NCBI GenBank assembly: GCA_002811645.1
Contig: PDIP01000060.1
Coordinates: forward strand, 93,679-157,678
Length of the DNA: 64,000 nt
Reading direction: 5' to 3'
Source of the DNA: Corallochytrium limacisporum Hawaii
Lineage: Eukaryota; Protista; Pluriformea
Part shown: in pieces, positions 55,155-64,000 of the stretch
How positions within the stretch are numbered: position 1 is the first letter of the stretch
Layout: each line of letters opens with the position of its first letter
The notes under the pieces: generated by a model
What the model saw: only the letters and a program-made list of their open reading frames with translations
Told to the model about the DNA's origin: nothing
Database searches by the model: none
Translations under genes and position numbers: made by a program

Positions 55155-56342
55155 ATGGCCGTCATGACAGATGTCAACCTTTCTCCAACACATTTCCCAA
55201 AGAGTGGCACGAACAGTCCGAAATCCTGCACACGCAAGGTCTCAACCTCTCGAAAGCTATCCACAACAGAGTACCGCCGTCTGCGTCGAGGTGGTAAGCC
55301 TCCGCGCCCCCCGACAGCCTGGAACCTCTTCTGTCAGGACATCCGCAAAATGACCGGCCAAGAAAAGCTTCAGGACGTCCTGTCCATGGCTTCCCGTGTC
55401 TACAAGAAGCTTAGTCAGGCCCAGAAAGACGAGTACAAGCGCCGTGCCCAGGAGGCCGGTGAAATGCATAAAGCCATGAACCCTGACTACAAGTACAACC
55501 CTCATGAATTCTGGAAGAAGAACCGCGGTAAAAAGATCGTGGATGTTGCATATGGCAGCAGTAAAAACTCTTTTACCAAGATGAACAGGGCAAAGACTGC
55601 TAAAGCTCTAGCATCCTCGAGCGCGTCACCCGAACCCACAGTGCCTGATTTCAAATCCCTTGAGAGCACGAGTTCCGCATCTCAGACACCTGCAGCCACA
55701 AATTTTTTGACTCCGTCTTTCCTTCAGCAGTGTCCCGGTGCTGCTGTTGACAATCAGGCGATCGCAGTCGTTGATGGTCCTCCGTGTGCTCTGTCCGTGG
55801 TCTCTTCTTCGCCTGTCAACCATGAGGAGAGCTGCAGTGACCACAGCCTGCCACCGCTGTCCATTTTTGAAATCGACCACTTGCGCCAGCAAAAGCAGCA
55901 ACACATGCCGCGTGACCTCTCCGTCTATAGTTTGACCTCCTCAGTCTTCTCCTACCCAAATTCACCTGCCGAGCCCGAGGAACTGTCCCCAATGCGCACC
56001 AGCTTCGCCTCGACGGCGTCAGGGACCTCACATGTTGCGGGCACTGCCCCAGTTATCCCAGGCCTTCCGTCCGTCATCACTGCCGCGAGCGGTACGCACG
56101 ATCCGTTCACAGATGACATCTTTGTGCGATTGGGTCTAAGCAACCTACAGTTGACACCACGACCTATTTCTCCGCTAATGGATAGGAACGAAACGACCGT
56201 CTCGGCCGCCACTGGAGCTATACCCGCCATGGTCAATAACGGCACCTGCGGCGCTCCGTCACTACATTTCGACTGCCATAGCCATCCTGACGATTTCTTT
56301 AATATGACCACCGTCTATTCCGGGCGCTATGCCAAGGAATGA
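55155..56342 (+). CDS. Single HMG-box transcription factor (SOX/TCF/MATA-HMG-like)
   Basis: KPPRPPTAWNLF...SRVYKKLSQAQKDEYKRRAQEAGEMHKAMNPDYKYNP followed by a long S/P/T-rich tail. Likely start is aaacATG at 55155; the track begins at an upstream GTG. Confidence 0.85.
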   Translation: MAVMTDVNLSPTHFPKSGTNSPKSCTRKVSTSRKLSTTEYRRLRRGGKPPRPPTAWNLFCQDIRKMTGQEKLQDVLSMASRVYKKLSQAQKDEYKRRAQEAGEMHKAMNPDYKYNPHEFWKKNRGKKIVDVAYGSSKNSFTKMNRAKTAKALASSSASPEPTVPDFKSLESTSSASQTPAATNFLTPSFLQQCPGAAVDNQAIAVVDGPPCALSVVSSSPVNHEESCSDHSLPPLSIFEIDHLRQQKQQHMPRDLSVYSLTSSVFSYPNSPAEPEELSPMRTSFASTASGTSHVAGTAPVIPGLPSVITAASGTHDPFTDDIFVRLGLSNLQLTPRPISPLMDRNETTVSAATGAIPAMVNNGTCGAPSLHFDCHSHPDDFFNMTTVYSGRYAKE

Positions 56343-56517
56343 CATCTAGTGCGCCTTAGAGTCTATTCCGTCTGGTGTATATACCCGACACGACATGATC
56401 CGGCAGAAGCATAGAAAACACAAAACATAGCATGCAATATGGAGTAACCTATACATAATTTTCACGTATTAAGACATCACCGTTCTTGTATGAATGGAAT
56501 ACAGAATCACGACATCA

Positions 56518-57957
56518 TCATGCTGCCAGCTCAGCAATTGAATCTTCCGTCTCCTGTGTTAGGAGAGCCCTGGCGCTTTCCTTTATCTCTTCCCGACTCA
56601 TGCGAAGCAGCTGCTCATTAACCGCAAAGGTTGTGATCGCCTCATGCATAACCTTCGCAGTGATGGCACAGACAGGGAATATCTCACCGTCGACAATGTA
56701 TGGGACTTCATCACCAGACATGATCGGGTCGATGGGCTCAATGCGCACCTCCCTAGCCAGCGCCTCACTATACTTCGGGCGGTTGCTGCCATTTCGGTCA
56801 TGGTCCAGGATGGATTGCATGCTTCGGTCTTCTTTGCGCATTTCGTAGGCTGCAGACAAAATGCTCATCTTTGACGCAAACGGATCCACACGGAAGAGGC
56901 GCATGAGTCCATCCCTCTCTGCAGCCGTGCCTGACGGGGCCTCCAGGATGCGGTACTTTGCATTCAATGCACTGCCCTTGACGGCGAAGAGATTACTAAA
57001 GATCACTTCACTATCAACCTGCTCACCAGTGGCCGCATCAACATACTTGATGCGTGCGCGAAAGCCGTTAGCCACAGAGGAATACTTCAGTACACCACGA
57101 ATAAACCCGATGTCATCGGCGCGCTTCTTGAACCACTTCCGTTTCTGCACCTCTGAGATACATACCGAGACGAGTCCGAAGCCAAGGCCTCCCAATGCGT
57201 ACGATGCAGGGATCTCTTCAGTTTCGACTTCCGATTCATGCTTTTCCGGTCCCTCGAGCTCTTCACTGTCACCACTATCATTGCTGCTCTTGCTCGAAGA
57301 AGCAGCAAGATCGTCGTCTTCGGTGGACTTCAGAGCCTCCGTTGATTCGGGCGTGATCTCCAAGGCATCCACCTTGCGTGTCTTGCCTTGCGCAATGCCC
57401 AGAGCAATGCGCCCGAGAGAGTCCGGTGCCCATGGATCGAGCTTACCGTATAGGTACGTGGCCGTGCCATTGGCCTTGCCGACAGGAATCACACCAACAG
57501 GTAGCTGAGCGGCTTGGTCCCGGTCCTCACGCCTTAATAAACCAGTTACCACTTCCTGCACAAGTCCATCATTGCCCACGACCACAATGCCGTCCGTCTT
57601 GGTTGTGTCCACAGAAGATGCCAATGTCTTGCCGTGGCCGACGTGATCGACCTCAACCACGCCGAAATCTATGCCAGCCATATGAAAAACCGGTGCCACT
57701 TCTGCGTCAAAGTAGTCTCGGGCATTGGATTTTCCGGCTTTCGGGTTAACGATCACTGTCAGTCGACGTGTTGAGCCTAGAGAGTCTTTCATGGGCTCAT
57801 GGCCGAGGATACTGGCGTGTGCCTTGTAAGCCTGGCGTAAGTTACTCCGTTCTATACGCCAATACGCAAAATAACTCGCACCATAGGCCACGGTACCGCC
57901 TATAACAGCCCGCCGGAAATATTTGTTGCTAAACGCCAAAGACACGTACTTTGACAT
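56518..57957 (-). CDS. AGK: Acylglycerol kinase (DAGKc domain, mitochondrial)
   Basis: N-terminal TM (AVIGGTVAYGASYFAYW), VIVNPKAG, VAPVFHMAG, VVVGNDGLVQEVVTGLLRR, GVIPVGKAN and VDGE. Confidence 0.88.
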   Translation of the reverse strand: MSKYVSLAFSNKYFRRAVIGGTVAYGASYFAYWRIERSNLRQAYKAHASILGHEPMKDSLGSTRRLTVIVNPKAGKSNARDYFDAEVAPVFHMAGIDFGVVEVDHVGHGKTLASSVDTTKTDGIVVVGNDGLVQEVVTGLLRREDRDQAAQLPVGVIPVGKANGTATYLYGKLDPWAPDSLGRIALGIAQGKTRKVDALEITPESTEALKSTEDDDLAASSSKSSNDSGDSEELEGPEKHESEVETEEIPASYALGGLGFGLVSVCISEVQKRKWFKKRADDIGFIRGVLKYSSVANGFRARIKYVDAATGEQVDSEVIFSNLFAVKGSALNAKYRILEAPSGTAAERDGLMRLFRVDPFASKMSILSAAYEMRKEDRSMQSILDHDRNGSNRPKYSEALAREVRIEPIDPIMSGDEVPYIVDGEIFPVCAITAKVMHEAITTFAVNEQLLRMSREEIKESARALLTQETEDSIAELAA

Positions 57958-58227
57958 GGTTGGTTCAATCTACGGATGTAATGCGTCTGGATTCTTTAAA
58001 ATTAGAATGAATAGAATCTTATTTGTGCTCAGTATACTAACTTACATGGTTTTATAATTCCTTCTTTTCGTTTACTTGAACAAGCGAACTACCGCTCCTT
58101 TGGGCAAGCGTGTACAAACTGCGTTTCGTTTAGCAAGGGCGTGTGTGTTCCGCAGCTGTAATTACTTTCTTCAAACACCAGTTTCAAGATCTCATTTAGC
58201 AATGATGTGGACCGGTTAGCGAGAATA

Positions 58228-58288
58228 TTCAACCTCGCAATGAACCAGCAGGCCAACAATGTTCAACCTCGCAATGAACCAGCAGGCC
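58228..58288. repeat. 27-bp perfect direct repeat, period 34
   Basis: TTCAACCTCGCAATGAACCAGCAGGCC at 58228-58254 and 58262-58288. Confidence 0.92.
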
Positions 58289-61200
58289 GACTCCGCAATA
58301 TCACCCAACCCCCCCCCCCTCACCGCCAACGCACGCACACTCACTCACGAACCCGAATTGCTCGGCCGCGGGACCACCCCCTTTGCTGGACCCCAAGAGC
58401 CACCCAGGCGGTTGGGCTCACCCTAACTGAAGCCCCTAACTACCAAAATTCGATGAATTCCCGCTGGGGCAACTCTCAATAGAGGAGGGCCCCAATTTCA
58501 CTCTGCGTGCTAAGGCGTGCACACATTGGTATCCCCGGCAGTCAAGGACAGAAGGGAAGGCATTGTGTAGCGAAAAGCCAGTGGGCCCCTTGATTGTAGC
58601 AGAACAGCTCTGACAGGGCGGTCCAGAAAAGGGAACCCCCCAAATCCCGCTATGCGCGATATTGTTCTAGATGTTTTCGAAGCGCGGGGGCGACGACGAA
58701 GACCCTCCCCGCGGCGAATTTCTACAAACTCCTGGGAACGACCGGGCGTTATTCTATCTTTTGCATCCCACTGAACACACCCGTAGTCTTATCAAAACAG
58801 CTCTCCGGGGATCTCTCAACATAAGGATGGCTTTTCGGTGCCACGAATGTCTGAGCATACGGATGATTCCATGCTTCTCTTGGATGTCCCGCATCGCTTA
58901 TGATTGCATTGCTAATTTGCCCGCTGTGGCAGTCGAGTCCTTTTGTGCAATTCCACGATGTTCCATCGGACATGGTGTACACGCAAGTGTGACGTGAATA
59001 TGTGTGGAATACCCTTTCACAGCGCAGCGCATCACACCCGCTGATGGCTGGTCACCTTCAACACAAGTCCTTTGACTCTGAGAGGCCGCAACGGATCCAC
59101 CTGCGGTACCCCCAGTTCCCAGCCGGCCAGACCGCCACCATTTCCTCCTCCCCTTCCCGTTCCCAAATGGTGACAGGCGGTGCCAGCCGTCTTGGCACTT
59201 TCAATGGACGCCTTCTTCGCAAAGTCGTCGTAGGGGCGGGGGAGGGTCGCTTCATTTCTGGTGTTTGTGTCCGCTTTTTTGGTACACCGTGCATGCAACG
59301 ATCATCTGCATTCCCCGTTCTTTCGAACAGGGACAGCTGCCACATGCTTACAAGGACATGTCTCTTGCTGTTCAGTATGTGTAGGATGTGTGTTACCGAT
59401 GAACTGGGAACATGAAGTACAAAGGTGGTGCTGCTGCAGTCAATGTCGATCTGAATTTCTAAAGGCCTGTCAAACCACGGGGTTGGATTCTCAGAAGGCT
59501 CCATGGGCAAAGGTCAATACGCGCTGGTTTCTTCTCTTGTGCGCAGGCTTTAATGGGATTTGGCGATCTCGAATCGTTGGGGCTTGGTACATACGCGCCC
59601 TTTGACGCAGGTGTGCTTTCTCTTCGAGATGTCCTCGGTTGGGAAATGGCACCCACATACCGTCCAAACCGTGGTCTTGCCGTGTCTGTCCTTTCGTATC
59701 CAAATGAATAGGTTCAGGCCTCCGCTCAAACAGTAAAGTTTCATGAATGGGCGCATTCTTAGAATGCGTCACGTGCAGGATGGCAATGGTCCAAAGGAAA
59801 TTCCCAGCATCCATTCACTTTCTTCGTTGCTGTTGCAATTCTAGGATGCTTCCCCGATGATTGTTTCCCTGAATATCCGGATGTTCCGAGTATGCACATA
59901 GCGGACGCAATGGCTTGCGCGCTGTTTGGCTTCCAACCCCTCCGGGTTGGGCCCCGGGAGCCCCCCCCCCCCGGCCATCCCCAGCTCCCCCTTTCTAAAA
60001 GCTCCCCGCCGCCAACAGGCTCCCCGCTCTGGCCCCTACCGAACCCACAGATCCAGTGGTAGCGGTTCTTTGACACCACTTCTTTTGGCACATCCGCTTT
60101 TGTGGGACTAGATCGGTATGTTTTTTTGTATTCGTGAAGCTCCGACTTTCGAATGGCTTTTTATGCTTCCTTCGTCCTCCCTCGCCTTGTACTTCGCACG
60201 TCCTTCCTCGTTCATCATCATCATCGTCCCATCACCAGCAGCAGAGTTGATGTCGACCAGGGCTCCCCGTTTCCCGCCTCTTGCTGGATGCTCACGATCA
60301 CCAGCGGCGGCAGCATCAACGGCTATCATCATCAATCGATCATCACAGTCGTCCGACTGGACTGCTGTGTTCGATCTAAGGATGCATGAATACATGCCAG
60401 TTGTTCCATCAAAGAAGTGGAGGCACCACCGAAATGAAGAGGAGACCGAACGACGCGAACAGATTAAGAAGTCCAATATTCATGGAACCGGTATGTGCGA
60501 GGAAGAACCAGCCATGGTCAATCACCACCGATTGGACCGCTAAGCGAGCCTTAATGAAGGGAGACATTAACGCCTACGTGAAGGACCGCACCCAGCTGAG
60601 CATATGGCTGTGAGGAGCACTTCAATGATGGAGCGCGGTGATTGTTGCCTTGAGATCTTTTTTTGTGCTCCCGTGTGTCTATGAGCTGTTCATACTCTGT
60701 CCTTCTTCCTCTCCTTGTTTGGTCTCGGGATCCCAGACAAAGTCGTGCGTACCCAGGAGCGGTTGCGCTCAAGAGCACTTCATCTCGTCCCAGAGTACGG
60801 AAGGGCAAACAGCTACGGGCGAAAAACAAAGACCACTGGAACCCTTTGCTCGATCTCGTCTCTCGCAAAGGGTCTCTCACAGTCTGGCTTCATCAGGTAG
60901 CAAACAAAGCTAGCCAGGCAAACACGGAGAGTTCGGCCATCCCGAGCCAAAAAGATAGCGCGGTTGGGCGAGTACGAGTGCTGGCCCGGAAAAGCCAAGG
61001 ATGATGTGATGACCTATATCTCTGGAACAAAATCTTGAAGATTGGTACGTTGTCATTATTGTCGATGATGGGCAGAGCATCCATTTTTCAACGACAGCAT
61101 GGTGCTTCATACCGATGAAAGAGGTTCAGAGTCAGCCAGATACGGCAGCCACAGCGGAACAGTATGAGACAGATCTCTCTCCGACTCTCGCAGTGGATCG

Positions 61201-61937
61201 TCACCGCCGTAGGAAAGCACCTACACACACACACGCCTCAGTTACACACAAATCCGAAACCCCGTATCGATTTCGCCCCTGCTGATCCCCTCCACGAGCG
61301 CCCATGTATCTCTCTGTTTTTTTCCCTTGTGCGTTGGACCGTGTTATTACATCGATCGCTGCTGCCACTGATCGTTCCTCCCGAATGGGTTAACACAGAA
61401 GAATTGTGCTGGAGCCGAGCACACAACTCACTTCTCACTGAGGTCCAAATTCCCAAGGTTCTCAATACTGCCGGGCCCTAAGCCGCTGTTTCGCTCTGTT
61501 GTTTGCCGTTGCTTGCCTTGTCACGGTGTGGTGTGTATCGGTGTTCCCTTTCTTCACCAAGGCGCTTTTGGCTGGCTTCGCTCGCGGTTCCTGTCGCAAT
61601 GGCCCCCCCCTTCCTCTGTTAGTTTTTGGCCCTTACAATCCACCGTTAGCAAATCACCACCCAATCCTCACCCTTTTCCTGCTGACCCAATTTCTCATCT
61701 CTTTTTCTTTTTTCACTGGTCCATATTTATCGTATGCCCAGGTGAATAGGGAAATTAACGAGCGGCGCGCGGTCAAAACGCAAGGAACACAGAAGCACAC
61801 GCCTCACCGAGCACAAGGGTGTGCATGAGCTTGGAAAATTGGTGGTTTAAATATTAATATGCGCGTGGAAAGAAGAACCAGGCAGAAAAGACAAAAGGAC
61901 ATCCAAACCAGCCCTCGGGGGGGGGAGGGGGACCAAA

Positions 61938-62241
61938 NNNNNNNNNNNNNNNNNNNNNNNNNNNNNNNNNNNNNNNNNNNNNNNNNNNNNNNNNNNNNNN
62001 NNNNNNNNNNNNNNNNNNNNNNNNNNNNNNNNNNNNNNNNNNNNNNNNNNNNNNNNNNNNNNNNNNNNNNNNNNNNNNNNNNNNNNNNNNNNNNNNNNNN
62101 NNNNNNNNNNNNNNNNNNNNNNNNNNNNNNNNNNNNNNNNNNNNNNNNNNNNNNNNNNNNNNNNNNNNNNNNNNNNNNNNNNNNNNNNNNNNNNNNNNNN
62201 NNNNNNNNNNNNNNNNNNNNNNNNNNNNNNNNNNNNNNNNN
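61938..62241. other. Assembly gap (N run)
   Basis: Ns flanked by G tracts. Confidence 0.99.
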
Positions 62242-62875
62242 AGGAAGGGAGGGGGGGGGTGGTGGTGGGGAGAAATGAGGACTGCGGCGGCGGCGGCACC
62301 CCCACTCCCCCCAACACCGCGGTGGGGAGGAGGAGGAGGAAGAACGTTGGGTTGGGCTGTGGGGGGGGGGTGCGGGTTAAGGTCGAGGGACATTTTGCCA
62401 GTGCTTTTGAAGCGAAATCAAACGGATAAAAGGGAAAAAAAGGGGGATTAAAAAAAGGAAAGAAAGGTTTGGGTAAAAAAGTATGTGCTCCTCAACCGGG
62501 TTTTTCTTGGGCTCCGGTTGTCCATTCTTTCACGGGGCGCCCGGTGTTTTCCCAACCCACCAAACCCCGCTTTCTTTGTCTGTCTCCCCCGCATCCCTTC
62601 CAACTCATGTCCGGCTCCGCGACGGGGTCTTTTTCCAGCGGAAAAATTTCCTGTGTGCAAATTCTGTTCATTCCCCTGAACCTTGTCTCTCCCGGAGTGG
62701 CAGTTTGCGGAAAATGGAGTGGGAAATCCGGGCGGGCAGAGCGGCTTTGCTGACAGTTGGCAAGTGCGGGCAGCGAAGCAAAAAAGTACGAGCCCACGAT
62801 AAAGAAACCATTTGCCGAAGCGTGGAGACGGAGACGGAGCCAGCGGACCGGAGACAGCGACGATAGACACAGGGT

Positions 62876-62998
62876 GAGAGAGAGAGTGTGTGTGTGTGTC
62901 TGAGTGTGTTTTGTGTGCGCCAGGATGTAATGCACATGGTACCCGCACACACTTACATACACATCCATCCACACACATCCACACACCAACGCACACAC
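62876..62998. repeat. (GA)n/(GT)n followed by (CA)-rich simple repeats
   Basis: gagagagagagtgtgtgtgtgtgt, then cacacacttacatacacatccatccacacacatccacacacc. Confidence 0.8.
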
Positions 62999-64000
62999 GC
63001 GGCCATGCACGATGACGGCAAAGCGGATCAGCACGGGACCAAACAACGAAAACACACGAACACACCCGCACGAAGAGAAAAAGTAGCAGCAGCGAGATGC
63101 TGCCCGGGTGCCTGCTGATCACACTCAGAGATAGTGGCCCAATAACTTACCATACAATGCAAATAGATTGCAACGCCATCGAAAGGAGAGCCAGTTATTA
63201 AGGAAAAGCGTACGAAGAAAAAAACTTTCTTAGTAGCCTTTATCACTCATTTGGTTGCTGTGCCCGGACAAACGCAACGTACAAAGGAAAGCGCTTTCAG
63301 TCGCGGCACTTGCTCCCCAATGCGTCCCGCTTGGTGACTTCCCGGTCTTGTGGTTACGGGGAACCCCAAAGCGAGTGAGTTCACCGAACTTTGAGGAACC
63401 GGGAAAAGGGAGGTGGGCCCGCCAAAGTGGACCGGCCTCCCGCCTTTTTCACAAAACCCGACTGAGCGGCAGGGCACACTGCATTGTTTTCTTGGGCGTG
63501 TGTTTCTTCTTGTGTGCCGCTCGCTCCCCTGTTAGATGGAATGTCCCTCCAGCCAGGCTTACCCCTGTGCGCATCATCCGTGTGTAAGTGTAGAGAGGAA
63601 ACAGAGAGGGTTAGGATGGCGAGCGGGCTGTACCTAGTTTGACCAAGATTTTGACACTGATTGTCTGTCCGTGTATATTCCAAGTTGCCAACCCACCCGC
63701 TTTTCTCCCTGACAATCCTGTACTGTTGCTGTGGTGCCACGGAGTCAAAAGACACCAGCAGATGTGTCGCTTTCGGTGTGGGCACAAGTATAAATGTACT
63801 GAATATTTACAGCATGCTGTGGCAAACGTCGCTGAAATTTTATTGGCGAGGAAGAGAGGAAAGTGGATGAAACATCCAGAAAAGTGAGGAAGACTAAGTA
63901 CCGCGGCGTTTCAGTGGGTAACTGAGATGAAGAGAAAAGAAGAGAGGAGGCTTGAGAAATTTTGACATCAAACACCACAAACCCTCCTCGTCCCCCCCCC

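Noticed and set aside
54969-57957. HMG gene as a fungal-type mating-type locus
   Set aside because: None of the usual flanking genes (SLA2/APN2, or TPT/RNA helicase) is adjacent, and idiomorphy cannot be seen from one haplotype.
58228-58288. CRISPR-like repeat-spacer pattern
   Set aside because: Only two copies with a 7-nt spacer, in a eukaryotic context with no cas genes.
58300-64000. Numerous 60-220 aa ORFs in the terminal region
   Set aside because: Low-complexity or microsatellite-derived, mostly non-ATG starts, and no domains recognised. Likely upstream regulatory DNA.

Overview
Eukaryotic, gene-dense and almost intron-free genomic DNA with three N-gaps. The gene set (animal-like MCU, HYLS1, ARL6/BBS3, AGFG-type ArfGAP, FCHSD-like F-BAR, AGK, plus an ABZ2-type folate enzyme) points by inference to a unicellular holozoan, with an intron-poor lineage such as Corallochytrium a plausible fit. 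About 19 intact protein genes are supported: a small PPxY membrane protein, RPL29 (below the ORF-track cutoff), a GT77-like glycosyltransferase, INO80, ArfGAP, RPS15 (the only gene with a clear coding-region intron), UCH37, F-BAR/2xSH3, UPRT, an EF-hand protein, PepN, a Zn-ribbon OB-fold protein, MCU, HYLS1, FGGY kinase, a hypothetical protein, ADC lyase, an HMG-box factor and AGK. Two genes are broken: ARL6/BBS3 has lost its P-loop and switch I through a frameshifting deletion, and a coiled-coil gene carries an in-frame TGA. The most notable signals are the mosaic state of ciliary genes (dead ARL6 about 10 kb from intact HYLS1) and the highly structured RPS15 intron. Regions 1-9.4 kb, 10-12.5 kb, 51-55 kb and 58-64 kb contain no recognisable CDS. 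No rRNA, tRNA, CRISPR array or transposon ORF was recognised. All family assignments come from motif recognition by eye, with no database search.
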